A stretch of 64,000 bases of DNA, taken from positions 32,498 through 96,497 of the forward strand of contig JBFMEB010000001.1 of NCBI GenBank assembly GCA_040753675.1. Reading direction: 5' to 3'. The stretch is from Candidatus Omnitrophota bacterium. GTDB lineage: Bacteria > Omnitrophota > Gorgyraeia > JAHJTE01. The translations under genes were made by a program, and so were the position numbers. The notes beneath the pieces are model-generated. The model ran no database searches and was not told where the DNA came from. It worked only from the letters and a program-made list of their open reading frames with translations. Shown piece after piece: positions 8,367 to 18,989 of the stretch (the first letter of the stretch is position 1; each line of letters starts with the position of its first letter).

Positions 8367-9944
8367 CTAAAATTCTTTCTCAGTAGAGATGCTTGTATCT
8401 AAAAAAGAACGTAACCTTCGCGCACGGGTAGGATGCCTTAGTTTGCGTAATGCCTTTGCTTCAATCTGGCGTACGCGCTCACGGGTAACCTTAAACACAT
8501 TACCAACCTCTTCTAATGTGCGCGGGCTACCGTCGCCTACGCCGAAACGCAGCATAAGGATTTTTCTCTCTCGTTCAGTAAGACTGCTCAAAGCCTCTTG
8601 CATCTCTTCTTTAAGCATGGAATGCACTGTTGCATTTGCCGGAGAAACAGCTTTTTTATCCTCGATGAAATCACCAAAATGAGTATCTCCTTCATCGCCT
8701 ATGGGCGTTTGTAAGGATATAGGCTCTTGGGCAAGCTTCAGAATACTTTTTACTTTATCCTGAGACATGCGCATTTGAGATGCGACTTCATCAGGATTTG
8801 GCTCACGGCCTCTCTCCTGAACAAACATCCTGGAGACTCGAATAATCTTATTAATTGTTTCTGTCATATGAACGGGGATGCGAATAGTCCTGGCTTGATC
8901 AGCAATAGAACGTGTAATCGCCTGTCTTATCCACCAAGTAGCATAGGTTGAGAATTTATATCCACGCTTATATTCAAATTTCTCTACAGCGCGCATAAGA
9001 CCAATATTGCCTTCTTGGATTAAATCCAGAAAGGAAAGACCTCGATTAGTATATTTCTTAGCAATACTAACCACTAATCGTAGATTGGCCTCTACCAGTG
9101 CCTTTTTGGCGCGGCTAAACCTCCATTCCCGCTGCTTTATAACCTTTAATTCTTCTTTAATCTTTTTTGGATTGTTGCCTAAAGAACGTAAAAGTTCTCT
9201 TCTTCTTGCTAAAAGCTGACTTACTCTACCTCTTTCTTTACGAACAGAGGTTTTCTTCAAATCCTTATCAATTGTTTCTATTCGGCGCATAGTATTGCTT
9301 AGGTTTCTCGCAATATCCTCGATTATATTAGTAGAGAAATTAAATTCCATTATCAACTTCGAATTATCAGACTCTTTGCGGGTATGGCGTAGTTTATGAA
9401 TAAGTCGTTTAATTCGCCGCAACATATTCGGCCGTTTAATAATCGGGTCAAACTTTATCAAATCTTCTAAATTTACGTTCTTATCCAAAATATCATTAGT
9501 AAGTTTCAACACTTCTTCACGAGCAAATTTTGTTGCCAAAACAACTTCACAAAAACGCTTCTCTGCTTCCTCTATTCTCTTTGCCAGGGCAATCTCATCT
9601 TCGCGACTAAGCAAAGAGATATGACCCATCTGTTTTAAGTACATTTTTACCGGGTCATCAAGTGGAATGAACTTATCTTCTAAAGTCGGCGCCTTTTTCT
9701 CTTCTAAGGCAACGGCCTTTAATTCTTCTGCGCTAAAATCGCTCTTTATCTCTGTCAAATCTTTCTGAGAATCTACAAGTTGTATCTCCTCTTTACCCAA
9801 CATCTCCAAAACCTTATCAATCTCTTCGCTGGAAACTACATCCTCAGGCAGAAGATCATTAACTTCATCGTAAGTAAGAAAACCTTTGCGCTTCCCTAAG
9901 GCAATAAGCCTCTCTACGCCCTTTAAGATTTCGCTCTTTTTCAT
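8367..9944 (-). CDS. rpoD: RNA polymerase primary sigma factor (sigma-70)
   Basis: Region 2 ([39 protein letters not shown]), regions 3 and 4 ([20 protein letters not shown]). Confidence 0.9.
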   Translation of the reverse strand: MKKSEILKGVERLIALGKRKGFLTYDEVNDLLPEDVVSSEEIDKVLEMLGKEEIQLVDSQKDLTEIKSDFSAEELKAVALEEKKAPTLEDKFIPLDDPVKMYLKQMGHISLLSREDEIALAKRIEEAEKRFCEVVLATKFAREEVLKLTNDILDKNVNLEDLIKFDPIIKRPNMLRRIKRLIHKLRHTRKESDNSKLIMEFNFSTNIIEDIARNLSNTMRRIETIDKDLKKTSVRKERGRVSQLLARRRELLRSLGNNPKKIKEELKVIKQREWRFSRAKKALVEANLRLVVSIAKKYTNRGLSFLDLIQEGNIGLMRAVEKFEYKRGYKFSTYATWWIRQAITRSIADQARTIRIPVHMTETINKIIRVSRMFVQERGREPNPDEVASQMRMSQDKVKSILKLAQEPISLQTPIGDEGDTHFGDFIEDKKAVSPANATVHSMLKEEMQEALSSLTERERKILMLRFGVGDGSPRTLEEVGNVFKVTRERVRQIEAKALRKLRHPTRARRLRSFLDTSISTEKEF

Positions 9945-9958
9945 TTTAAATACCTCTT

Positions 9959-11767
9959 TTAAATGCTTAGTTCTTTTTCTTTCTTTTTTACTAAATTATT
10001 ATATTCGATAATTAATTGCTTAACTGCCTCTTCGTCATTTCTAGTTTGGGCAGCAAGAATTTGTTCATGTAATAAATTTTTGCGAGATTTAATCTGTTCA
10101 CATTTTATCCTCTGTAGGCATTCCTTAAACATTTTTTTTCTGTCATCAAAACATATGCCATCTATACAGTCTTTATCCTCTTCAAATGCCAATTCTGATA
10201 TTAACTGCAGAGAATATGTGTCGAGAAAAAAATTCATAAGTTCTTTTGCCTCAATAGACTTACCAGTCTTATCCAATTCTAAAATGGTAGTAATAATTTG
10301 TCTAATTTGACTATCCTGGAAATTGCAATCTTCAAATTCTTCTTTAATCAAAGATAGCAAACCAGCATCTTTAAGGATTAGTTTTAAAATCATCCTCTCC
10401 ACTGCCGGCTCTTTTGAACTAGAGGAAGAATTCAAGCCAATATTTAATCTATTGGCACCATCCCTCTCCCTGGCCTGGCTAGCCTCTCTCAGAAGCACTG
10501 CCTCTGATATAGAAAGCGCCTGAGCTAATTTTTTCATATATTCAGACTTTAAGATTTCATCTTTAAATTTATTAACCGTCGAAATCATTTCATGGGCAAT
10601 ATTAGCCCTGCCTTCAATGGTTTTAGAATCGAACTTTCTAAGGAGTATGGACATCTTATAATCAAATAAAGTGAGAGCACCTTTAATTATTTCGTTGAAT
10701 TCTTTTGCTCCTTTTTCACGGATAAATGCGTCGGGGTCAAACCCTTCAGGAAGAACTACCACCTTTACATATAAATCTTCTTGGACAAATAAATCTAAAC
10801 TGCGCAAAGCAGCAATTTGCCCTGCGCTATCTGCATCAAATACGACAACGATATTTTTTGTATAACGCTTAAGAAGTCTTATCTGATTTTCGGTCAAAGC
10901 CGTGCCAGAAGAAGCAACCACATTTTTTATTCCTGCCTGATAAGGAGTAATCATATCGAGATAGCCTTCCACTAAAATAACTAAATCTTTTTCTCTGATT
11001 GCCTCTTTAGCAAAATTTAACCCATAAAGATTATTGCCTTTAATAAATACCGCTGTCTCAGGAGAGTTTACGTATTTTGCAGAATCTGTACTGCCTTCAA
11101 TAAGGCGCCCACCAAAAGCGATTATCCGCCCCTTAACATCAAAAATAGGAAAGATAATTCTGTTGCGAAACCTATCGTAAAAGCCGCCGGCTTCCTTAGT
11201 TATTACAAGGCCGCTTTTTTCTAATGCTTTTAGATTAATCTTATTATCGCGTAAAAAGTTTAGTAAACTATCCCATCTATCAGAAGCAAATCCTAATTTT
11301 AAATTTTTAGCAGTCTCTTTAGCGATTTTTCTTTTTGACAAGTAAATGCGCGCAGGCTGGCCTAAACTTTCAGATAATAAATTTTTTTGATAAAACTCAG
11401 CGGCTAATTCATTTATATGATAAATTTCTCTTTCTAAGCTTATCTTTGTCTCATCGAAAGTTAAAACCGGCAAAACCACCTGAGCCTTCTTAGCTAAAAT
11501 CTCAACTGCTTCTCTAAATTCAAGATGTTCATAGCGCATTAAAAAATTAAAAGCATTACCGCCGGCATTACAGCCAAAACAATGATAAATTCCTTTATCG
11601 GGACTGACCATAAAAGAAGGAGTCTTTTCATAATGAAAGGGGCAGGCTGCTTTAAAATTCCTTCCTGCTTTTTTCAATGGAATATAGCCCGAAATAAGCT
11701 CAACAATATCAATGCGGTCTAAAATCTGCTCTAGAATTTGCTCTGGAAACCTTCCTGCCATGCTCAC
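9959..11767 (-). CDS. dnaG: DNA primase
   Basis: Zinc-binding [11 protein letters not shown]...CFGC motif, TOPRIM domain (ILVEGYLD...VVFDAD). Confidence 0.9.
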   Translation of the reverse strand: MSMAGRFPEQILEQILDRIDIVELISGYIPLKKAGRNFKAACPFHYEKTPSFMVSPDKGIYHCFGCNAGGNAFNFLMRYEHLEFREAVEILAKKAQVVLPVLTFDETKISLEREIYHINELAAEFYQKNLLSESLGQPARIYLSKRKIAKETAKNLKLGFASDRWDSLLNFLRDNKINLKALEKSGLVITKEAGGFYDRFRNRIIFPIFDVKGRIIAFGGRLIEGSTDSAKYVNSPETAVFIKGNNLYGLNFAKEAIREKDLVILVEGYLDMITPYQAGIKNVVASSGTALTENQIRLLKRYTKNIVVVFDADSAGQIAALRSLDLFVQEDLYVKVVVLPEGFDPDAFIREKGAKEFNEIIKGALTLFDYKMSILLRKFDSKTIEGRANIAHEMISTVNKFKDEILKSEYMKKLAQALSISEAVLLREASQARERDGANRLNIGLNSSSSSKEPAVERMILKLILKDAGLLSLIKEEFEDCNFQDSQIRQIITTILELDKTGKSIEAKELMNFFLDTYSLQLISELAFEEDKDCIDGICFDDRKKMFKECLQRIKCEQIKSRKNLLHEQILAAQTRNDEEAVKQLIIEYNNLVKKKEKELSI

Positions 11768-12717
11768 CTTTGGAATCTCTTAAATCCCGAAGCACAAATT
11801 AATTTAAATTTCTCCTGTTTTTCTAAATTATCAAAAATAATATTCATGCCCAAAGAATCGCTGGAAATGTGGCCTGCTATTACAATATTCAACCTTTCTT
11901 TTTCAGCGTTTTTAAAATGCTCTTCGGATAAATGCATGCAGACTAAAGTGCTAATGCCGCTGGTAGCTAATCTTAAGAATACATCTTTGGAGCCCTCAGT
12001 GCCTCCGGTCATATCAACCAAAATCTTTCCGGCTTTTGACTTGCTTGAACCCTGAATAATCTTTGCGGGACACTTATTAGATGCCGCATACTTATATTCG
12101 GGTATTTCATTTAAAATATCCAAAATATCCTGCAAGGTGTGCGGTTTTTTCTTATCAAAAATGTTCTTTAAGAAACTGGCTGCGCAATTATCCGCCGCAG
12201 TATGCATACAAAGGAAAGGTATATCTAAGAGCGTAGCAGTATCTACTGCGCGCATATGATTTATAGGCATAAAACGCCTTTCTACTTCTTTTAGCCGCTC
12301 CTGGGTTAAAGCCTCGCCCACTGCTATAGGCACGCCATACTGAGCCAGGATTTCCGCCTGCATTGGCATAACTTCAAACAAGGAGGCCAATGCTTTGCCA
12401 GCAGGATGATGCGAAATCGCCAAATCTACTTTTGTCTGGCTTGTCTGGTTCAATCTATCAATTAATAATAACTCTTCGCCACTAATATCTATACCGACAA
12501 AAATCGTTTTTATTTGTTTTTCTTTATCTCCATATAGAATGCGCGTGTCCGGATACGGATTAAATAAGTTATCTAAATCAAAATACTGTTTACCTTTTTT
12601 TAATTCTTCGTATTCTTTTCTCTTTTCACTTAGCGCCTTAGAAACAGCAGCCTTGCCGCGAGGATCGTTATCAATGCCGATCTTTACAATCTGCTCATAA
12701 AGCTTGCCTAATTTCAT
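11764..12717 (-). CDS. Nif3-like dinuclear metal-centre protein (GTP cyclohydrolase 1 type 2 family), tentative
   Basis: DLAISHHP and C-terminal IAGHISSDS motifs resemble Nif3 HHP / GHxxTE signatures. Conserved neighbourhood with dnaG-rpoD and DUF164. Confidence 0.4.
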   Translation of the reverse strand: MKLGKLYEQIVKIGIDNDPRGKAAVSKALSEKRKEYEELKKGKQYFDLDNLFNPYPDTRILYGDKEKQIKTIFVGIDISGEELLLIDRLNQTSQTKVDLAISHHPAGKALASLFEVMPMQAEILAQYGVPIAVGEALTQERLKEVERRFMPINHMRAVDTATLLDIPFLCMHTAADNCAASFLKNIFDKKKPHTLQDILDILNEIPEYKYAASNKCPAKIIQGSSKSKAGKILVDMTGGTEGSKDVFLRLATSGISTLVCMHLSEEHFKNAEKERLNIVIAGHISSDSLGMNIIFDNLEKQEKFKLICASGFKRFQR

Positions 12718-12734
12718 AAACTTCTCCTCTTGTG

Positions 12735-13292
12735 TTATTTCTCAATTGTCCTAAAAATTTCTTCGTTAATTTTTTCGCTTGAAAAAAACGGGTTAATTAA
12801 TCTTTCAATTACAAATGCATATGTCTTAGTTACAGTTGGGATGGCATATTGGCCAAAAAAGCAAGTTTTAGCGCCTTTATCGAAGAAACTAATTTGACTA
12901 ATCATCAAGATTAACAAAATCATCCCACTTAAAAACAAGCTGCGTATTCCTCCTAAAAACGCTCCTCCCCACTTATCTAATACTGCCAGTGGCTGTAATT
13001 TAATGAGAAACAAAAACATTTCGCGAATTATGAAACTAAAAAATAAAAAAATTGACCAGATAAAAATAAATGCGACAAAATTTCCTAACTCGGTTGGAAC
13101 TATTTCTGGCTTGCTTAAAAAAGCACCTAATTTAGAATAATAATGCAGGCAGGTAAATACGGCGAGTAAGGTACCAAGTAATTTAAAAAACTCAACTGCT
13201 AAACCGCGTTTTATTCCAATATATATACAACGGCCAATTATCAAAATTATAACAATATCTGCCCACCGAAGTTGATTAAACAGTGAAAGCAA
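12735..13292 (-). CDS. cvpA: CvpA family membrane protein (colicin V production protein)
   Basis: N-terminal DIVIILIIGRCIYIGIKRGLAVEFFKLLG typical of CvpA; 4 TM helices. Confidence 0.6.
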   Translation of the reverse strand: MLSLFNQLRWADIVIILIIGRCIYIGIKRGLAVEFFKLLGTLLAVFTCLHYYSKLGAFLSKPEIVPTELGNFVAFIFIWSIFLFFSFIIREMFLFLIKLQPLAVLDKWGGAFLGGIRSLFLSGMILLILMISQISFFDKGAKTCFFGQYAIPTVTKTYAFVIERLINPFFSSEKINEEIFRTIEK

Positions 13293-13432
13293 CTAACTAC
13301 TCCTTATAAATAAAAAATTAAAATAACCGAATAATAAATAAGATGATCAGCAGATTCTGGAAAATTTACGCTCTTTATAAGCAATTTTAACTATGTTTAT
13401 CTGTGATCATCTACGATTTAAGGACCGTCAAA

Positions 13433-13461
13433 AGTATAACATATAAAAGCACTTATGTCAA
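13433..13461 (-). promoter_or_regulatory. Sigma-70-like promoter TTGACA-17-TATACT overlapping the mtaB stop, probably for cvpA
   Basis: Minus strand reads cTTGACAtaagtgcttttatatgtTATACTttt. Confidence 0.3.
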
Positions 13462-14742
13462 GGTAGCGCTTTCTTTTTTATAACTATAATCATAACAATA
13501 AGATAGATATTTTTGCTGTGTGATTTTGCTTAAGTCAATTGACCCCAGAGTACTAAATCTATCAACATTTTCAATCCTGATGGGAACTATTTTATTCAAA
13601 ATATCTCTTGAACCAGAAAAGTTAACCCGTATATAATTATCACTATAACCGCTTATTTGTCCATTTTTAAAGGTTTCAGCTAAAACCAACAAATCTTTAT
13701 TTAAGAATGAACTTCGAAAGGTAGATGATAGCTCTTCTGATAGTTGTTTTAAAACTTTAGCTCTTCTCCTCAGCTCATCTTGGTCTACCTTTGGTTGCTC
13801 CAAGCAAGCAGCCTTTGTTAGTTGGCGAGGACTATATACAAAACTATGAACGCGCAAAGGCAAAATCTTTCTTAAAGCATTAAGCGTGTTTTGAAAATTC
13901 TTATTATCCTCTCCAGGAAAACCTATTAGCACATCAGTAGTTATTCCAATCTGAGGAATAACTCTGCGGATTCGACTTATTAAAGACAGGTAACCTTCTC
14001 TATTGTAATTCCTATTCATCAGTTTTAAAATTTTATTATCTGCACTCTGCAAAGGTATATGTAAATGTCTACAAAGTTTATCAGAATTTGCCATAAGTTT
14101 AATAAGCTCATCTTTGACTAAATGCGGTTCGATTGAACTTAAGCGAATACGCTTAAGTTCTGGATAATTATGCAGCTTATCAATTAAACTTACCAGACTG
14201 GCCTTTGATTTTAAATCCGCACCGTAAGAACCTAAACAGACACCAGCGAGGACTATTTCCTTAAAACCGTTCTCTAACAGATTCTTTATTTCGGTAATTA
14301 TTTCTTTCTCGCTGCGACTTCGGGAAGAGCCTCTCACCAGAGAAACCTTGCAATAACTGCATTTGTTGTTACAGCCATCCTGAATTTTAACAAAAGCTCT
14401 CGTCTTATGAAAAAACCGGTTTATTCTATCGCTAAAAAAAGACTTCGGGATTATATAGTCAATGCCTTTAATGTTTCTTGCCAGAATCTCCTTATCAAAC
14501 TTAGCCATACAACCAGTGACTAAGACCTGCGATTTTTTCTTATTTCTAATAGCAGAAAAAATTGCATTTCGCGATTTTGAATCTGCGCGCGAGGTAACTG
14601 TACAGGTGTTGACAATACGTAAATCTGCTAAACCTACAGATTCTACCTCACTTAAACCACTCTCCTCTAAACGCTCGCGTATTGCCTCGCCTTCATATTG
14701 ATTAACTTTACAGCCAAGAGTTTTTATCCAAAAGGTTCTCAT
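13453..14742 (-). CDS. mtaB: MiaB-like radical SAM tRNA methylthiotransferase (MtaB type)
   Basis: N-terminal UPF0004 domain TLGCKVNQYE, radical SAM CxxxCxxC (CNNKCSYC), C-terminal TRAM-like region. Confidence 0.7.
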   Translation of the reverse strand: MRTFWIKTLGCKVNQYEGEAIRERLEESGLSEVESVGLADLRIVNTCTVTSRADSKSRNAIFSAIRNKKKSQVLVTGCMAKFDKEILARNIKGIDYIIPKSFFSDRINRFFHKTRAFVKIQDGCNNKCSYCKVSLVRGSSRSRSEKEIITEIKNLLENGFKEIVLAGVCLGSYGADLKSKASLVSLIDKLHNYPELKRIRLSSIEPHLVKDELIKLMANSDKLCRHLHIPLQSADNKILKLMNRNYNREGYLSLISRIRRVIPQIGITTDVLIGFPGEDNKNFQNTLNALRKILPLRVHSFVYSPRQLTKAACLEQPKVDQDELRRRAKVLKQLSEELSSTFRSSFLNKDLLVLAETFKNGQISGYSDNYIRVNFSGSRDILNKIVPIRIENVDRFSTLGSIDLSKITQQKYLSYCYDYSYKKESATLT

Positions 14743-14754
14743 AAAAAACAGTAG

Positions 14755-15498
14755 TTAGTAGTTTGTAGTTAGTAAAAGAGAGATTATTCCAACACAGATT
14801 ATTGCTGCGGTTTCGACTTTAAGGGTAGTTTCGCCTAAAGAAAGCATTATTGCATTTGACTTTTTAGCAAGATTAACTTCTCCTGGCGTAAAATCTCCTT
14901 CAGGCCCAATTAAAATCAAAATATTTTTTTTGCTTTTTAAGAGATTTGAGGCGTTGAAGATATTAATTCTAGATTTAGAGCTTAAATTAGGCATGAGGAT
15001 TAAATCAAAACTTGAAAAATTTTCGGCTAATTTAGATAATTTAATGAGTTTGGAAATAACTGGGATGCTCAACCTGCCGCACTGTTTACTTGCTTCTTGT
15101 GCAATCCTTTGATAGCGGTTTATTTTACTTTCGCAATTTTCATCTAATTTTATTATGCTACGCTCAGTTATTAAAGGAATAATCTCATCAACTGCCAACT
15201 CAGTTGTCTTTTCAACAATTAAATCAAATTTGCCTTTTTTAGGCATGGCGCAAGCTAAAATAATTTTTGGCTTATCAAGATTAACTGCTTTTTTAATATT
15301 TTTTATATAGGCTATTATTTTATTTTTCTCAAAGGACCTGATGTTACAAGTAAACTCATTTGCCGCTTCGTCAAAAATAATTATTAAATCACCTGGCTTA
15401 CGCCTTAAAACATTTTTAAGGTGATGAATTTGCGCCTTGTCAGCAATAATAATTTCTTTCTCTGAAATGTTTGCTTGAGGAACAAAGAATTTAGGCAT
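14755..15498 (-). CDS. rsmE: 16S rRNA (uracil1498-N3)-methyltransferase
   Basis: MPKFFVP...IHHLKNVLRRKPGDLIIIFDEAANEF PUA-like N-terminus and SPOUT C-terminus (ILIGPEGDFTPGE). Confidence 0.75.
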   Translation of the reverse strand: MPKFFVPQANISEKEIIIADKAQIHHLKNVLRRKPGDLIIIFDEAANEFTCNIRSFEKNKIIAYIKNIKKAVNLDKPKIILACAMPKKGKFDLIVEKTTELAVDEIIPLITERSIIKLDENCESKINRYQRIAQEASKQCGRLSIPVISKLIKLSKLAENFSSFDLILMPNLSSKSRINIFNASNLLKSKKNILILIGPEGDFTPGEVNLAKKSNAIMLSLGETTLKVETAAIICVGIISLLLTTNY

Positions 15499-15528
15499 TT
15501 TTAGCTATGAAGATTTGAGATATATAAA

Positions 15529-17217
15529 TTATCTTTTTTTATTGTTAGGAATTGCGCTATTCAGTATTTTTATATTTTGTTGTAATATAATGTTATTAGG
15601 GTCAATTTCTGACGCTTTTTTATATGCTTCTATCGCTTCAGATATCTTTCCGTCAGCTGCGTATACGCTGGCAAGATTGTTATAATAAGATACGGCGTGA
15701 ATATTTTTAGGGGCAATCTCTATTGCTTTTTTAAACGAAAGAATCGCCTTCTCTGTATCGCCTATAGCAATATATTCATTGCCCAAATTATAATACGCAT
15801 CAGCATGATTAGGATCTATTGATAGTGCTTTTTTATAAGCAATAACTGCCCTCTCTCTATTGCCCATAGCGCTATAAGCTGTACCAAGAAGGTTAAACGT
15901 ATGGGAATTTTTAGAATCTATCTCAATTGCTTTTTCCAATATCCCTATTGCTTCTTTATAGTTACCGGCTGACTCATATGTTTTAGCCAAATTAAGATAT
16001 AACCTTACGCTATTGGGAGCATACGAGATGGTTTTTGTATAAAAAGCTACAGGCTCTCTCCAGTAAGCATTTTGACTTAATGATAAATATGAATAGCCCG
16101 ATAAAATAAATAAAATTAAAAATATGGATAATAATTTTGTCTTTTTTATTACATATAACGAGCTTAGCCGATGAGCAATAATTAAAAAGAATCCCAAAGA
16201 TGGTAGATAAAGCCAGTGTTCAGCCATATACGCATTAATAGAATAGAGATTGGAAACCGGAAGCAAAGTAATAAAAAACCAATATACAGAGAATGTTTTA
16301 AGTTTATCGTCCTTTCTCTTTTTAAATGCATACCCGAAAAGTAAAAATAGAATTACAACCCCGGCTATCGCTCGGAACTCACTGAATAAAAATAACTTAT
16401 TTCCATATTCCATATGCAAATTAAACGGCAGAAACAAAAGTTGCAGGTATCTGGTTATAGCTACGAAAAACCCAGGAATTCTCTGGAATATTGTAACACT
16501 TGGAATTCCTATAATCTGTGTATTCTTTATAATCAAACCCCTAAAAATTAAATAAAGCAAGGCAGTAACTACTATATAAATAAACTCCTTTTTTAATATT
16601 TTCTTTTTAAATACATAGCTGTAGAGCAATATTAAGATAGGAACAATGAGACTAGATTCTTTAGATAAAATGGCCGCGCAGAAACTCAGTATCATCAATG
16701 TAAAAATCATTTTTTTGTTTAGGGAAATCTGTTTTATATAACAAATAAGACATAGAATTATGCCTATAGTAGCTAATGATTCTGCCCGTCCCGAGATATA
16801 TGCAACGGCCTCGACATGAATTGGATGGCTTACGAATAAAATACTAACCAAAAAAGAAAGTAGCTGCCTATTGTAAAGCAGGTAAACCAACCAAAATAAC
16901 ATTAAAGCTGCTATGGTGTGCAAAATAATATTTGTTAGATGATACCCAACTGCATTGAGCCCCCACAATGAATAATCAAACATGTATGTAAGCATTTGGA
17001 GAGGGCGATAACAAGGACTTTCCCGTCCAGCACCGACTCCGATAGTTTTAGTAAAGATACCGGGAATCATTGAAAAATGCTTTATATAAACATTATCTTG
17101 CACCAAGAACTCATCATCCCAAAGAAACTTACCGTTTAGCGAAGTCGCATAAATAAAAAAACTTAAAATTATTATTGAGGCAATCTGTAATAATAAAATT
17201 GTATTTATCTTATTCAT
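15529..17217 (-). CDS. TMTC-like membrane protein: GT-C fold (DUF1736/PMT-like) N-terminal domain plus C-terminal TPR repeats; start set at MNKINT
   Basis: About 10 TM helices followed by at least 5 TPR units (AYYNLGNEYIAIGDTEKAILSFKKAIEI). The 30-codon N-terminal extension in the ORF track overlaps tRNA-Ala and is discarded. Confidence 0.55.
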   Translation of the reverse strand: MNKINTILLLQIASIIILSFFIYATSLNGKFLWDDEFLVQDNVYIKHFSMIPGIFTKTIGVGAGRESPCYRPLQMLTYMFDYSLWGLNAVGYHLTNIILHTIAALMLFWLVYLLYNRQLLSFLVSILFVSHPIHVEAVAYISGRAESLATIGIILCLICYIKQISLNKKMIFTLMILSFCAAILSKESSLIVPILILLYSYVFKKKILKKEFIYIVVTALLYLIFRGLIIKNTQIIGIPSVTIFQRIPGFFVAITRYLQLLFLPFNLHMEYGNKLFLFSEFRAIAGVVILFLLFGYAFKKRKDDKLKTFSVYWFFITLLPVSNLYSINAYMAEHWLYLPSLGFFLIIAHRLSSLYVIKKTKLLSIFLILFILSGYSYLSLSQNAYWREPVAFYTKTISYAPNSVRLYLNLAKTYESAGNYKEAIGILEKAIEIDSKNSHTFNLLGTAYSAMGNRERAVIAYKKALSIDPNHADAYYNLGNEYIAIGDTEKAILSFKKAIEIAPKNIHAVSYYNNLASVYAADGKISEAIEAYKKASEIDPNNIILQQNIKILNSAIPNNKKR

Positions 17218-17230
17218 TTTATGTAAATAG

Positions 17231-17303
17231 TGGAGCGGAGCGGATTTGAACCGCCGACCTCCTCGTTGCGAACGAGGCGTTCTCCCAGCTGAACTACCGC
17301 CCC
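17231..17303 (-). tRNA. tRNA-Ala (anticodon CGC)
   Basis: GGGGCGGUAGUUCAGCUGGGAGAACGCCUCGUUCGCAACGAGG...GGUUCAAAUCCGCUCCGCUCCA with the G3:U70 Ala identity pair. Confidence 0.8.
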
Positions 17304-17384
17304 TCAATTTTACAAAGAATTTATAATTAGATTAAAATATAACATCATAACTGGAAATTTGCAATATTATTAATGAGAGCGGGG

Positions 17385-17996
17385 CTACTGGGAGGACGCG
17401 GCAGGAATCCTTGCTGCGCTAACTAAAGTTACTTCTTGATTTAATGCAGATGGAGGTTGCGAAGGATTCTGACGGCAAGTAATTTCTATTCTGATGAACT
17501 GGTCGTTAAACGCGTTACCGTCAGCGTTTAAATCAACTGCTTCAAAAATCGGTGCATCAACAATGTTTCCAATAAGAATCACCCAAACCGGAGGTGCGGG
17601 AGGATTAGGATAGCGGTTATTAGTAAATTCAATCTGATTATTGTTCCATCTATAACCTACCCACCTGTCGTTAGGGTCTACTCCTGAAGGAGGTAAATCT
17701 TCTCTATGTAGAACCAATTCAAAACCTATAGGTGCATCAGCCCCAAATTTATCAAAGATATAAAAAGCATCTCTAAGAGCACCAGAGCCTGGAGGATCAC
17801 CAAAAGATTGCATTATGTCCCTAACAATAAGCTCCACAGCATAAGATACCTGATTTGCAAGGCGTGATTGTGAATTTTCACTTGCTAAAAATCTATTTGA
17901 ACTTGCATTAATAGCTACACCTGCTAAAACAACAAGCCCTAAAAGCACAATGCCAATACAAAGCTCAACCAGCGTTAGTCCCGTTCGAGATTTCAT
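17385..17996 (-). CDS. Pseudopilin / minor pilin-like protein (prepilin-type N-terminal domain)
   Basis: MKSRTGLTLVELCIGIVLLGLVVLAG class III leader and hydrophobic helix. Confidence 0.6.
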   Translation of the reverse strand: MKSRTGLTLVELCIGIVLLGLVVLAGVAINASSNRFLASENSQSRLANQVSYAVELIVRDIMQSFGDPPGSGALRDAFYIFDKFGADAPIGFELVLHREDLPPSGVDPNDRWVGYRWNNNQIEFTNNRYPNPPAPPVWVILIGNIVDAPIFEAVDLNADGNAFNDQFIRIEITCRQNPSQPPSALNQEVTLVSAARIPAASSQ

Positions 17997-18121
17997 AAAT
18001 GTTAGTCAAAAGTTGTCATACAATTGTCATACTATTGTCATATATTGTTTTTGCAATGTATGACCATATTTGACTATTTATGACTATGTATGACTTATTA
18101 GTATCTGTGCTAATCTGTGTT
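17997..18121. promoter_or_regulatory. Helically phased array of GTCA/TGAC half-sites: 3x TTGTCATA at 18013-18041, then 4x TATGAC at 18059-18096, all on a 10-bp register
   Basis: Read directly from the sequence: tgaccatatt tgactattta tgactatgta tgacttatta, with TGAC at 18061, 18071, 18081 and 18091. Confidence 0.5.
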
Positions 18122-18568
18122 TTAAGGTTCGGTCCAACGTATTGTTACTGTTACCTGACGGGCATCATTTAAGATGCTAGCAACCTCATATTCACAAGTG
18201 GCATTAAATGGCGCTAGAGCAAACGCACCCATGTTTATATTGCAAGGCTTGGGTACGCCTCCAGTAGGGTCTAATCTATCGCCATCAACGCCATCAGCCC
18301 AATCCCGTGCATCAACAGACCATCTTAACTCTTCGAAGGCCTGGCGGACATAATTAGCTGCGAGTAGCCTTCTGTTTGAACGAATAATAATCCTCTGCGA
18401 AGATACAAATGAACCAATCACTCCCGCAATAACTATTGCCAGTATAGTTGATGCCACTAATATCTCAACCAGAGTGAGTGCTCTTAAAGAAGTTTTTTTG
18501 TTTTGGCTTATTCTCACTTTGTTACCACCACCTAGCCACTTCCCAAGTGCCATCCCAGACTTCGGCAT
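18122..18568 (-). CDS. Pseudopilin-like protein (leader ...SLRALTLVEILVAS)
   Basis: Hydrophobic N-terminal helix with conserved Glu+5; 148 aa. Confidence 0.5.
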   Translation of the reverse strand: MPKSGMALGKWLGGGNKVRISQNKKTSLRALTLVEILVASTILAIVIAGVIGSFVSSQRIIIRSNRRLLAANYVRQAFEELRWSVDARDWADGVDGDRLDPTGGVPKPCNINMGAFALAPFNATCEYEVASILNDARQVTVTIRWTEP

Positions 18569-18932
18569 TAGTTAAGGTAATTGTCCTGGTATTATATGCA
18601 AGTAAGCCGCCAGTGCGAGTAGCTGTAGCAGTAAAATTTGGTCCAGCTACAACAGCCACGCTATAATCCCATCCTCCAGCTCTTAAGTCTAAATTAAGAT
18701 TGGTATTACAATCAGTGGTATTATTGCAGGCAACAAATCCACCTGTCTGCAAGAAAATAATGCGCTCTGCAGCGAATATCACTTCCAGCCCAACCCTTGC
18801 CTCTCTGGCAAGTGCAGACTCCATGCTGGTTTGATACTGAGAAAATCCAATTGTGGCTAATACGCCGATTATTACCAGCGTAATCATTATTTCCATCATT
18901 GTAAAAGCTTTACTTAAGAATATCCTCGTCAT
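18522..18932 (-). CDS. Type IV pilin (PilA-like), paralog of 22282-22698
   Basis: KAFTMMEIMITLVIIGVLATIGFSQY canonical type IVa pilin N-terminus; C-terminal CN...DCNT with two Cys (disulfide loop). Confidence 0.75.
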   Translation of the reverse strand: MTRIFLSKAFTMMEIMITLVIIGVLATIGFSQYQTSMESALAREARVGLEVIFAAERIIFLQTGGFVACNNTTDCNTNLNLDLRAGGWDYSVAVVAGPNFTATATRTGGLLAYNTRTITLTNAEVWDGTWEVARWW

Positions 18933-18989
18933 AATACCATATCCTATATCAAATAAATATATAATACAACAAAATATTTAAATAAATAT

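Noticed and set aside
15529-17307. Annotated 592-aa ORF start at 17307
   Set aside because: The first 30 codons (MRGGSSAGRTPRSQRGGRRF...) are the antisense of tRNA-Ala(CGC) at 17231-17303. The start was moved to the MNKINT methionine at 17217.
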